Part shown: piece by piece, positions 1 through 12,685 of the stretch
Position numbering within the stretch: the first letter of the stretch is position 1
Layout of the letters: each line of letters opens with the position of its first letter
DNA from: Anthoceros angustus
Taxonomy: Eukaryota > Plantae > Anthocerotophyta
DNA: 64,000 nt
Assembly (NCBI GenBank): GCA_010909165.1
Contig: MU008175.1
Span: 921,370-985,369, forward strand
Reading direction: 5' to 3'
Made by a program: the position numbers and the translations under genes
Notes under the pieces: generated by a model
Seen by the model: only the letters and a program-made list of their open reading frames with translations
What the model was told of the DNA's origin: nothing
The model's database searches: none

Positions 1-369
1 TCCAAGCATCTGATGAGTCACAAGTTAGCTTGAAGAGTAGGTTTTTCTTTCTGTGGGCACCTAGATTTGCTTCTTCTCGGTGTTCGCTATAAATTATGGG
101 CCAATTGCAGTGGGCCCATGGATTTTTTCATTTTTCCGCCTTCCTCATAACACAAGTGAAGGCGCCGGCCAGTCGGCACCTTTACTTGGTTTTGTTGTCG
201 CCATGTGTTCGAAACAAGTGTTCACGTTACCCACTTCCTGCCAAATGGTCGTGCTTTCTTGCAAAATAACTAAAATGCATATTTTGGGACTGTGTGGGAT
301 GTGACAAGGGGATTCAAAAACCAAAAAAGGGGGTTCGAATATTCACCCCCTTCGAAAAATATCATGTTC

Positions 370-720
370 TATGAACCATTTCCCGCCCTGAGCCAAAGCA
401 ACGCTACCCTGCTGCACTCTGGTGTGGCAAAGCACTCTCCCCTCCACATACAATGCAGCCACATGAACATGCAGACCTTAGGTATACCTTTGATTGGACA
501 CCACGGAGTTGGTTGAGAGCATCCTTCACAAACGCCATCTCGACGTGATACCTGCAGCAACATACGTTCCGCTCCTGCAGGGATTTGATGTAGAAAGTTT
601 CAGCCTCTCAAACGCGCGCTGCCCTATTTTGATTTTAGGATGCTCGTTCCGAAATTGGAGAAAAAACTCCGTCTGCAACAGCAACAACAAGCGACCATCA
701 GTCTGAGAGAGTAGGTGAAA
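370..720 (-). mobile_element. Degenerate transposon-like coding remnant (Cys-rich), frameshifted
   Basis: Minus strand reads QTEFFLQFRNEHPKIKIGQRAFERLK, then after a 1-nt shift FYIKSLQERNVCCCRYHVEMAFVKDALN...SACSCGCIVC, followed by a stop. It resembles motifs I recall from repeat-derived bryophyte proteins; family not identified. Confidence 0.4.
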
Positions 721-1978
721 GTAGTGCATGCACATGGCGGTGGTCAACCACTTGAACTGTAACATGGTATGGGGGAAGTGGTCTAGGCCACTACAAAATC
801 GGCCAATCCACCTCATAGAATGACAAAGCCATCAATCAAAGTTTAATATGACATAGAGCCAGGGATAGCAAGGGCACCGAATATGGAGAGGCACCAGGTA
901 GTGCGAGCCCCTGTTGATGCCTACATGAAGTGTGCATATATATTGTCTAAAGAAGTCTAGAATTTGTTAAACTCTACGTCTATCAAGAGGGTTTGAGTGT
1001 TGTGTGAGATGTGCGACGTCTTGAAAAGTGCGAGACCTTTTGTATTCATTCTATATTGAACTCTCATATATGTCTTGAGAATGGTGGTGCTTGCTTGAAG
1101 CTCTGCTAAAGATCATTGTGCTCCAGTATTGGTGGAGATAGGTTTCCCTAAAGATTAAAAACAACAAAGGCAATTTCATGCGCCTTATAGTTCTGCGTAA
1201 ACTAACTTGGACGAAGCCACCGACCTCCTGTCTAGCCACTAAATCTCTACAAAAGGAATACGGCTCTAAGATATGCAGGGCATGAACAAACAAAACTAGC
1301 GACAATTGTATTCACGGTCCTATGGAGAGAGCATAATATTGTGTTTTTCTATTTTTGCAAGAAGTTCCTCCATCACCATGGGTAATCTCGCCCACTAGCG
1401 TAAGAAATCTTCTCTACTTAATCTAGTCTTGTTACACGGAACCTTGTAGTAATGTTTCGTAGTTGCCAATGAGCCTATATAATGTTTGTTTTGCGGGCCA
1501 ATGGAATAGTAGAAAAGTAGCTAGCACTAGAGTGACGGCCATGGAAAGTGAGGGATAATACGTGCAGGCATAACTACGGCACATAGAGAATTTGTTTTAA
1601 TATGCTTAGCTTCAGGTTTTTAATCCACAGAGTTCAACAAATAATCGGCATAAGTTACGACATTAAGTTGGCCTCGTAAGGTGTGTATGTAATGTATGGA
1701 GATCTAATACAACTCGTTATGGATACCCACGGGTACAACCAGAGCCACATATTTTAGATATTTATTGGGAGTCTATTGGCAATGGATGTCAATGGCTCTC
1801 CAAAGAGCTCTGGTATGTGCTATCTTCCTAATGACATCGAGTGCGTGGGATACTTTTTCAACAAACTCTAGCAATAAGAAGAAGCACTGAAGACTTCATA
1901 GAAAAGAAGAGATGGGAAAATCCATCTACCATGAGCCGATGGGGACAACCCATTAAAGGGCCAAGGGCCAAGGGGGGG

Positions 1979-2480
1979 CTAGCCCCCCTGAATGTCTAAC
2001 TCGAAACTACCAACCGCCCCAAGTATGTTGTGGTCAGAAATAAGGAAAGGCCTACATACAACCAGTTTCTTTGATGCCGCATCTCCCGCGCCCGTTGCCG
2101 AGGAGTAAATAGCGTTGGCCAACACTCTCTGCAGGGCGATGGAAACCCGCTGTCGAAAGAAAGCCACCACGGAGGGAAGGGGGAGACCCACCCCGTTTCG
2201 TCGACCGCTGTAAGCTTTAGCACAATCCTTTATGAGCCGTCCGAAATCCTTGCCCATGGCCCCGTGGATCTCGATGGCAACGGGAATGAAGGCATGACCA
2301 TCCTGCATAGGCATGTACTTGTGCACTTTGGATGTCGCGCATCCCTCCACTGCCCAACCTGGAGGGTTGATGATGACGTGCTCACAAATGGTGTCTCAGG
2401 TAGGGTCCATTACGACGACATCCGAAACAGAGATTTGATTCCTCTTAGTCAGAAATAGATCCGCCCTGAGCGACACGCAA
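1979..2480 (-). mobile_element. 3' fragment of a non-LTR retrotransposon with restriction-like endonuclease (RLE) domain (CRE/NeSL/R2-type), 5'-truncated, inactive
   Basis: Minus translation LRADLFLTKRNQISVSDVVVMDPT*...SKVHKY...FIPVAIEIHGAMG...FRQRVSIALQRVLANAI matches the RLE pattern R(P/A)D..D.V...K..KY...F.P.A.E..G..G...QR.S.ALQR. One in-frame TGA; no RT domain upstream. Confidence 0.7.
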
Positions 2481-3238
2481 TTGCGCAGCAATAAGATAGC
2501 CTTTTGAGATTCCTAGCTTTGACATCTCAGGAGCCATAAAAGATTTCTAGCCAGCTTTTCTTGGAGCATAGTGTTCCAACTCGAGGTGCCCTTGAGGGTT
2601 TGTCTTTCACGGTATGTTATTATAGATGGTCGTTACAAATTACATAAAGGCCCCCGCTCTTTAAAACTTAATATCTAATAAATATGATATAAATATCTCT
2701 ATTAAGCTGAAAAAGGATAAATGACGGCCCATGAGACCAACAGATACGGTTAACTCGAAAATTCTTAAATACATGTGTAAACGGCGACATGGTTTTGCCA
2801 TGTACCGTAGGTGCGTAATTAGATTTAAAAATCAATTTAAGGAAAGAAAGTTTGTTAGAAACTTTGGGCCATGAGCAGTGGCAGTGGCGGAGGTAGCGGC
2901 GTGCGCACTGAACTTGAATTCAATCTTTGCGTCACAGACTCACATTTCATATGCGCTTCGGGTGCCCTGAACTGCGTCCTCTCTCCTTGGGCTTTCCCTC
3001 TCTTTCCGGAGAGAAATAGCGGTGTTGAGGCCCCCTGACCGCCCTCGCCTCGTCCCAGCTCTTCCTCGTCCCTTTCCTGCTGCCCAATTCCTTGAGTTGG
3101 CTCTCCTCTCCAGCGCTCAACTCGCATCCCATCACTTTTCAGCTCGGCGGCTCATTCACCTCGTCTCCAGGATCTGAATCCAGATCTCCTACATGATTTG
3201 TGGCCCGCCGGATTGCGTTTCTCCTCACTCCCGTTTGA

Positions 3239-6200
3239 ATGGCGTCCAGAAGAACAAGAACGTCTTCCAGGCCTGCCTCCAAGATTACTGTGGAGCCGCT
3301 GCCCGACGAGGACACGGGGGAAGAAAAGAAGGACAGGGTGAACTCCTCATCACAGAATTTGATGAACAGAGCAATGTTGGGGACTGGGCCTTGCTGTTCG
3401 CCTTGTAGGACCACTGTGAAATGTGACGACTGGGATCCGAGCTGGGAGCTTAGGTTCGCCTGCGCGTGCATGCGCAGCTCGGACAGGTTCTGCTTGCATG
3501 TGCATCCAGCTTGTGGCAGCCAGCACTCTGGCTTGGTCAGCCGGCTAGGTCTTTAGGATGAGGCGTGTTCTGAGTTCTACTTGTCTGGGAATGTAGATTT
3601 CCAGCTTGCTCAGGTCAAGGTCGATCCATTCTGAATTCCGATGGCAGATGTGCTCTTGCACCAGGACTTCTGGTGGGGATCTCCAGATGATGCAAGGAGA
3701 CAGAGGATAGATCTTGTGGCGAGCAGAGAGGTTGTGTTTGCACAGCTCGATTTAGAGGCAAAGCACAGGTTCTAGGCAGGCTCGTGAGAAGGGCTAGCCC
3801 ATTGCACTTCTTATTGACTTCCTGCTGGCTGAACATTGTGTGTGTAGCGCTTCATTCTGCTCGCTGCTGTTTGGCCACTGAGTTGTCTTCTCTGTTCGGG
3901 TTTTGTCCAGCGTCGGAAAATCTCAATGCTCGGACCCGTTTGGAATGAAGAAGAATTGAAGCTCTTCTATCAGGCTTATCGAAAGCATGCCAAGAATTGG
4001 AAGAAAGTAAGTCTATTCCAAGAGGTTTTCGAGCTGCTGATGCACGGATAGACTCACCAGAGGAGGGATTCACAAATTCTATTGAAAAGTTTCATTTGCT
4101 ATGAAAAACGTGAAATTTAATGGCTGCAATGTACTTTGCAGGTGGCTGCGAGCCTGCACAAGAGGACAGCAGAAATGGTGGAAGCTTTGTACACTGTGAA
4201 CAAGGTTGCTAGCTTTGTGGCTTCGCTTTCTAATCTGAAGTTTTACATGTTGGACGTGCTGGGCCTATATAACCATGGATGCATGCTTGCAGGCTTATTT
4301 GTCGCTTCCTGAAGGAGCAGCCTCAGCTGAAGGACTCATTGCTATGATGACAGACCACTACAACATTCTTGTACGTCAGTAGGCTAGCTGGTTCCATTTG
4401 GCCATCAGTACATGATATTGGGCTTCTGCTTACTTGCAGCGTTTTGGTTGAAAACTGGTGTAGGATGAAAGTAGGAGTGATGGGGTAGAGAGCAGTGGGG
4501 ATTTTGGAGGCTCTGACCAGCAAAACCAGTCACGTCTTCAAAGCAGAGTTGGCAAAGTAGCATCTGGGTCTGCTGGTTATGGCGGCCCCTCACCTGCCAA
4601 GAAGCCAAGAAGTATGTCAAGATTCTCTTAACCCTGCCAGAAGCTTGTTGGTTCTCCTTTTGCTGCTTTGATTTCTGATTTGTTATCCATGTCTGTTTTA
4701 AACGATGGAGTCCATGTGTTGCAGCATCACGAACGCGAGCGGTTGGGAAGAGGACTCCACGGTTTCCTGTCAACAACCAGGTGGACAAGCGAGCAGCTGA
4801 GGCTGCTCATTGTTCTTCTCATCAGGAGCCAGATTGTGAAACAGATGATGATGGTGACGACAGTCGGGTTGCAGAAGCTGTTGCTCTGACTTTGGCAACA
4901 GCTTCTCAGAGGGTAGCTTCTCCTCAGGTCTCACAGACGCCAAATACAAGGACACCCCGTAAACAGATCCATGTTGTGCCACTTCAAAATGGTGAAATGA
5001 AGGTACTTCTGTCGTTTCCTTGTTTCTGGCCATTGCTTTTTCTCTCTAAATGGAGGCACTTTCTCCTACCTGACTGAGAACAAATTTGTTGTACACTGCT
5101 ACAGGAAAATGTGGTGCGGACAGAATCTGGAAGTTCTTTTCCGAGGCAGACTCTGTCCCACAGTGGTGAAGGTGGTTATGTGGAGAGCCAGATTAGCAAG
5201 GAACTTGACAATGGCGTTGTTGCAAAAGCAAGCAGCAGTGTCAATGCTGGTGACAGCCAACCTAGCAACACTGGTGGGAAGAACATGAATGATTCAAAGG
5301 GTCGGTGGAGAAAGCCAGCTGTGAAAAGGTTGAAAGTTCAACGGATTGAGGACTTGGATGAGAAAGAGGAATGCAGCCGAACCGAAGGAAGGATCTGCCA
5401 TGATGAAGAAAATGGCGATGTGTTGGATACGGAGGAGGTCAAGCTCACACAGTCACAGAGGAAAAAGCGTGCTGCTGTACAAAGGCCAAAGAAGAGAAGT
5501 AGACAGCTCTTTGCTGGAGGTTAAACCCTATTGACCTCAAGTTTTGGACAGAACAACTCTGCATCTTGTTTTAGTTGCAATGTGACGAGTGAATTCTGTG
5601 AATCATCAAAAGGAAATTGTTCTTTCGTGCTTGGCAACTCTGTTGGTGTGGATTCGTACTATTTTCATGGAGTTTGCTCAATTATGTCACCTCTCATATC
5701 TGGAACTCATTCCCTTGCTGTGTGTTTGTTTCTTTTCAGATGAGAGCAGTGGACTCGACAGACTTGCAACTCTAGCAGACTTGTCTCTTCAGTCGCTCAA
5801 TGGCACACTCCCTTCTTCAACATTTGATTCCGGTAGTGTACTGTCAGATAATTGTCTGTTGTCCATTGACATGCCTGGGATGCATGCATCCCTAAGTGAT
5901 TCCAAGTTCAGTTACGTGAAACGTCCTGATCTATCCAATGGTTTTGCCTGGATAGAATTGTTGAAATACCATTGGGTAACACTCTAAAGGATGGCCTCTG
6001 TGGTTGAACTGACCAGGATCAGATTCTGCTGGTGGGGGTGTTGATGTCAAGCCGAAAGCACAGGGCTTAAGTGCCAGAGTTGGAGCTGAGCAGCATCAAC
6101 TGGTCTCTCCCCCAGAGAATAGAAAGAGGAAAAGGAAACAAGCAGCTGAAAAGGTCAACAAGTTTGCAAATTCATTTGTGCAAGTTCGTTGGCAAGTTTG

Positions 6201-9200
6201 TATTGTTTTGGCTCGTATCTAGATGTTCATATGTACATCTGTCTGATTGTTGACAATGGGGTCTTCCAAATCACGAATTGTGTGCAGCTGGAAGAGAAAG
6301 GAGAGCTTGTTGGAGCAGATATCAAAGAAGAGGTCTGCCCCTTGCTTGACCTGACAGAAAGATTTGTCTGAATCAGGAGGATGTGAAAATTGAGAAGTGA
6401 CTTTTTCTGGCACGGACATGGCTTTCAGGTACTACTGCCCCCGAAGGATGTTCCAGTTGTCCTGAAACCTCGCTACAAAGCTCGGAGGGCTCCCAACACT
6501 CGGACATTGTCAAGACAGACGGCACGAACTGGCAAGCTTGTTGGCGCTGTGGTATCTGAGCAGGAGCATAGTTCTGCATTAGAGCCTTCAGCAGAGGAAG
6601 GCACGTTGCTGGCAAGAGTTAAAAACAGAAGGAAAGGAGTCCCAGAAAAGATTGCTGAAGTTGAAGATAATGGGCCTTCATTGGGACTTGTGGCCCACTG
6701 CCCACATACCACACCTGAGTTGGGACCTCTCAGTGCAAAGGTTGGTATCATACTCCTCACCTGACACCCAAAGAAAGCCTTTCTTAATCTGATTTATTTT
6801 CTCTTTAATGTTCTGTACACAATTGTTCATCAGTGTATTCCGGTGTAAATAACTTGCCTGCTTTTACAGGCTAGGTTGACGCATTGTCTCTCGACAAAAT
6901 TCCGCAGATGGTGTTTGTGTGAGTGGTTCTACAGTGCTATAGACCTGCCATGGTTTGCACGCAATGAATTTGTGGAGTATCTAAACCATGCTCGCCTTGG
7001 ATATGTTCCCAAGCTTACCCGAGTTGAGTGGGGAGTTATTCGCAGGTACTTCTTTTTCCATCAAGTGGTGACATTCTGTCATTCGTTTGGGAGATTTGAG
7101 ACTGGTCTAGATATCTTCATTCTTCATCTTTATCCGGCTGTGTTTGGCAGCTCCCTCGGTAAACCCCGTAGATTATCAAAGAAATTCTTGGAGGAGGAAA
7201 GGGACAAGTTGGAAAAGTATAGGGAAAAAGCTCGGAATCATTATCATGAACTCCGAACAGGACAACGTGATGGTCTTCCTCAGGACCTAGCCCGACCATT
7301 GACAGTGGGGCAAAGAGTTATTGCACGGCATCCACGTACCAGGCAGATCCATGATGGCAGCATTCTAACTGTTGACCGAAGCAGGTGCAGAGTGCAATTT
7401 GACAGGCCAGAGCTTGGAGTTGAGCTCGTATTGGTATGTCTGCCCTGCTAAGACGTCCAGATTAGAAAAGCCTTTTGAATGCCTGTGCTCAGAAGTATAA
7501 AAACCTTTTCCTGTGTTGTGGCGCCAGGATATTGACTGCATGCCGTTTCATCCCTTGGAGAATATGCCTGAGGTGATGAGAAGGAGACGGATTATTGTTG
7601 ATGGCCTTGACCGAAACTTGGAAGATGCACGTTTGGATTACAAATCCAAGATCTTCGTAACCGCTGGTGGTGCAGCTCGAGCAGCCCTTAACGAGAGATT
7701 GGAGCGTCCAATTTCCCTGCCAGCGTTTGCTCCTTCAGCACATATGTCCTTTCACACACTTTCGGAACGAGCACAGGTGATTGGAGTAGTACTGGGGCTA
7801 ACTGGGCTATCATGTTTTTGGGTCAATATGTAGGTTACATTGGTACCTTAAACTTGTTACGGTAGGGGGATACGTAGTGTGTTATTCCTTATGATGGTGT
7901 TGCCTGTCCAAGTTTTGCCATATCTTATCCACCTGATTTAATTTGTTTTTCACCACAGGCAGACTCTGTTGATTCAGTATTGCTTGCAAAAGCAGCAGCC
8001 AATGAGGCTGCTGCTGCTGTTCAACAGGCAGTGCTTAGCCAGTCTCATACTGGTGCGCAACTGCAGGCGAAAGAGGCTGATGTTCAAGCGCTAGCTGACC
8101 TTACACGGGCACTGGACAAGAAGGTTGGTAGCTGCTGAATGTGTGGGCACTACTCATGGATTTGTTCCCTAAGCAGAGTTTGCAACATAGCACTTGTTCA
8201 CCTGAATTTCTCCAATGGCTCTATGTATTTGGAACAACGTTTGCTGTGGATGGTTCAGGAAAGCTGGCTTTCTGACTATTGTGCTTATGATTTCTTCTAG
8301 GAGGCCCTACTGGTCGAATTGAGGCGCATGACAGATGATGCAACTGGGAAAGATGTTAAGACCTGTGAGCGTTTCAAATTTCATTGTGCAGCAATCGTAT
8401 TACAGTTAACAGACGCCAACAAGCAGGTGTGGTTCCTAAAGTCACGTAGGCAAGATTGGGGAATGTAAGGCTGAAATGTTGCTACTTTTCATGCGGGATT
8501 TGTCCTGTTTGACAGGTGCAGGCTGCTTTGCATCAACTGCGACGGCGTAATAGATACCAGGACGATGTAGTTGCACCATGGGCCCAGTTGCTGCCCCAAG
8601 CTGTGATTCTGGGTAATGCAAGTGCATTAGAATCTGTTTCCGAAAGTGGTACTTCTGTTGATGATATCGCGGTTTCTGCAAAAAAGCATGCACGCTTTAT
8701 GATCGCCACAACTGTCCAGGTATTTCCAGGTGTTTGTTGAGCAAACAGTACGCATCATCTGCTTGGCTTAATTAGCCTGACTCACTTTTCTCTGGATCCA
8801 GGCACTGAAAGATGGACATGAGACCCTTCCAAAGCTTGCAGTGCTAGATTTTCCGGTTGACGGACTTAAAACTGCTGAGCACGTCCAAGTGGGATCTACA
8901 GCTGCTGCTATGGGCAGTGAAGCGGTTCCGCCGTTGCCTCCTGGGATTTCCCCAGCATCTCATTCAAATGGAAGAGAGTCCACAGCAGTTGTTGCTGCAG
9001 GCGCAGGATGTCAGCCGGCACCTGCGGCTGATTCAAGTACAAAAGCTTGTGTGGAGCAAACGTCTGGCACAATCGACGTTAAGTCACAAATTTCCGACCT
9101 CATGGCTTCCTGTGTGGCTACCTTGCTCTTGGTCCAGGTATTCTAACTCTCATATTGCATTACCGGCGTAGGTATGTTGGGAGTGGCGTTTTTGATCCTG

Positions 9201-9444
9201 TTGCTAAGCTAGCTGCCTCGTGTTCCAGGCCACAACGGAGAGGCAGCTTCCGGCTGCAGAAGTTGGGGTTGCAGTTGAGAAGTCATTAGTTGGATTGAGG
9301 CCGCAAATGGCTGAAAATCATCACATATTCATGGAAATCGAGCGTATAGTTAGCACAATCAAGGGTCAGATTGCGTCGCAAGTACCTCAAGTACCAATTC
9401 AGGTCTCTGTGCCTGGTTTAGCAGACCTGGCTACCCGAACCTGA
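3239..9444 (+). CDS. ALY: ALWAYS EARLY (LIN-9/Mip130 homologue, DREAM complex), multi-exon; SANT/Myb-like and DIRP domains
   Basis: Exons: 3239-3337 (MASRRTR..), 3911-4006 ([26 protein letters not shown]), [51 protein letters not shown] region [60 protein letters not shown]. Last exon stops at TGA 9442-9444. First-exon assignment is less certain. Confidence 0.92.
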
Positions 9445-9891
9445 ACCGGGGCCCAGCCTTTGTGCCGAGGGGTAATTATTGGAGCTTACAGCACTTAATT
9501 TGGGCTACAACATTTCAGCGGATGGTCAGAGCAAGTGGGCCTGCCTAAATTCCTTGGAGGGAACTTCATTAAAATTTTGATGTGATTTTAATCTGACGTA
9601 AAATATGTTCGAAGGTGAAGAACATATAAGGTGGTACAATGATATTTAAGTTTTGTAAATGATGTTGTGTTTGATTTCCTGTATAATAATACTTCTAGTT
9701 GACAGATTTTTCATGTAATGATAAAATCTCAAGACATGCCTACCTAGTTGCACACATTTACAAACATGTACGAAGTTTAGTTTTTGAATTGTATTATAAA
9801 GAATCTGTTAATTATTTAGTCAAGCTATATAGACTAAGAAAAGAATATTCTGCTTTGTGATGGATTCAAGTTTAGAACATTCTAGTTTGTG

Positions 9892-10719
9892 ATGGACTGC
9901 ACGAGGTCGGGATCACCTCCTTGTTGTTCCAATCAGCCAGGATGTCGCTTTGCTTCACCTCCTCATTTAAATGGTCGTCAACCCATACCATATCCACTTA
10001 CTTGGAAGACCGGATTTTGTTCATGCTTTGAAGATCACGTAGTGTGTGCGTTTCCTGTTCATTTCTTTTTCTTCTACTTAATATTTCTAAGATAGAGTGA
10101 TAACATTGTTATGTAACACCAGGTTGTATCACATTAGTAGCCCCTTGCATGCCCTTCGGGCAGATTGCAGAAATTTTGGACAATGGATATTCATGTATCT
10201 TTTCTCTCCCATGCCATCTGAAGTATTTATTTTTTATTTAGTATAGATAAAAGGATCATGCAATAATTTTGGAATGTTGAAATGTGCAGCATGTTTCCAA
10301 ACAGGCATGACATATTGTTTGTTAAACTTGGTGTGCATGCATTCATGTTATGCCTATATTTATCGAACAAAGCTTCGTGCAAAATTTAATCTTCCTGAGT
10401 ACCCTTGCTCTGATTTTTATGCACACCTGTTCTTGGGATCTTGTGCCTTATGTCAAGAATTCAGGGAATTGAAAATGCAAGGAATTGATCCTGCTTTAGG
10501 TACTAAATAAGAAGTTATCTTCTTTAGGTGAAATGATGTATACATTTTTAAGATGATCATGTCTTTCAAGAATACATGAAAAAAGAATTCTAAAATATGT
10601 ATTTAAAGATCATAAATGCAGGATGGCGAACCCCAATTAATCCCACTCAAGAATCAACAAACACTAATGAAACACAACAACCAATGAGTCCTCCTGTGCA
10701 AGCAACAATGTTCAAATAA
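9892..10719 (+). CDS. PLAC8-family (PCR/CNR/FW2.2-like) Cys-rich protein, 4 exons
   Basis: Spliced: WKTGFCSCFED..|CCITLVAPCMPFGQIAEILDNG|..YRTKLRAKFNLPEYPCSDFYAHLFLGSCALCQEFRELKMQGIDPAL|GWRTP..MSPPVQATMFK*. Donor 10046, acceptor 10122, stop 10717-10719. Confidence 0.85.
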
Positions 10720-11050
10720 TGCATCTTTTTCTTGAAAGTGTGTAATTAATGAAGTTTCTTCATGTATAACTATGAGCTACATTTTAACCTAGACCTTGAA
10801 CACACATCAATAAAATGTACACTAAACTTATCTATGGCATGTCTGTAGGTGATATAGTTTATCTTTACTTTACTGCTGTAACAAAATTTACAGAACCTAT
10901 GTATTTTAATGCCATGTAACCAAGTTCATAGTCCCTTCTTTCTCCTTGAAGGTAACTTGATGAGTTACACCATTAATAATCACCCGGGCTGTTAGTCTCA
11001 TTGAAGTAAGGGTGTTACCAGGGGACAAGGAGGCCGAGGTCAAGAAGGAT

Positions 11051-11265
11051 CTAGGAGCATGAACCCATATGCTTCATGCCTCCTAGTGCATTCCCATATT
11101 GTTCATCCAAAGAAAAAAAGAATAAAAAGTCTAAAAAACCCCAAAAAAACCCCCAAAAATCCCAAAAAATTCCAATTTTTTGAGGCAAGTGCTCGCACTT
11201 GCCCTAAAATTTAAATATTTTTGTGAAGTTTTTGATATTTTTTTGATATTTTTTTATTTTAAAGG
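11051..11265. repeat. Small foldback/MITE-like structure
   Basis: Stem-loop CTAGGAGCATGAA..TTCATGCCTCCTAG (11051-11086). Then an A-tract arm, a perfect 9-bp hairpin GGCAAGTGC-TC-GCACTTGCC (11184-11203) and a T-tract arm. Confidence 0.5.
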
Positions 11266-12685
11266 GTTCCTTTCGACGTTTTCAACCTTTTTTGTGCACC
11301 TCCCTAATGTGAATATGTTCTTATCTTTACTTAGCCCTCATCTTTTTTCTAGTAATTAAAACTTTGAATTAGTAGTGAGAACCTTTTGCATCTTTTGAAT
11401 CTTGAGACGTTTGGCGTGGGCCCAGCTCCAAGTGCAGACCATGCCACTCTCAATCTCGCACTGCAGGCGGATCAAGAGCATCAGGTTAACGAAGATATTA
11501 TTGTCCCAATGTCTAAGAAATAAAGTCCTGTAAAATTCTCAGAGCGAGAGTATAGTCTTAGGATTGACTGGTATGAATGAAAGTTGGTGCGCAAACTTGT
11601 TTCTGCAATCTGACAAGCCCTAAAACTCTAAGCGTTTGTATCGTCCAACACGCAATGATTGCTAGATGTTGGGCTTTAGATGTAAGTGCGCATAAGTTTG
11701 CGTGTTAATCCATTTTGAAAGAAAAACCCGAACGAGAATGGGACTTTAAGTTTTCCCTACGTACTTGCAATCTACAATCTCAAATAACGTGTATCAAAAC
11801 AATTATTCAAAAGGTTGCGGGTGACATGTTTGCAGAGAAATACCAAAAAAGGCTGATTATAGCGCGGATTTTTTCAAGTGCAAAAAGGGGTCCGGCCACG
11901 TCCGTGTGCAAAAAAGGGTTTTCATTTCAGGAGAAACCCCAATCTATACATACGCTGTTTGTATATTTAATCGTGACTATAAGAGTCAAACTTAATGCAA
12001 GTTTAAGTTAATAGATTAGGTAGGTAGTTAAAATACTTCAAAGTTTTACTAACTACTTATCTTAAGTGATATTTAAAAATTTAAAAAGATCAATATCAAA
12101 ACATTAATCAAGAAACTAGCAAAATCAATTCTATAGAAGGTTGTACTACAAGTGTTCACAACAAAGTGCCATGAATGATGGGGTGTCCCTAAATCTTTAA
12201 GGAGAGGTTCACCTCATCTCTTTTTATTCAATAATGTAGCCTAATATTACGTAGTCTATCCTCATATATGGAAAAATTGTAGACTCCATAAATATATAAA
12301 CTGAAGTCTTTATTGCTGCATATATAGAGGGTAGACTGTATTAGGTTTAAATTTTAAAATATTTTAATTATTATAAAATATTTTTAATACTTAGTAGATA
12401 GATGTCTTATTGCATAGATGTACTCCATACTAAAATTGTATAGCTCTATTAACTAGTCCAATCTGCCAGAGGTGAAGTAATCTGTAGTTAAATCGGATAC
12501 CTACCCAAGATTAGCGATATATACCTACCTAATTCACTAAAATTGCGAAATTGTCGTTCGAATAACCCCACGTTTGAGGGTGGCCGAATAGGTACCCATA
12601 AACCTGAAGGGGATTGAACGCAATATCGGCTCCACACGCGCAATGCAGTCTAGCTAGCCGGGTTGAGCAGGGGACGCAGGGGATC

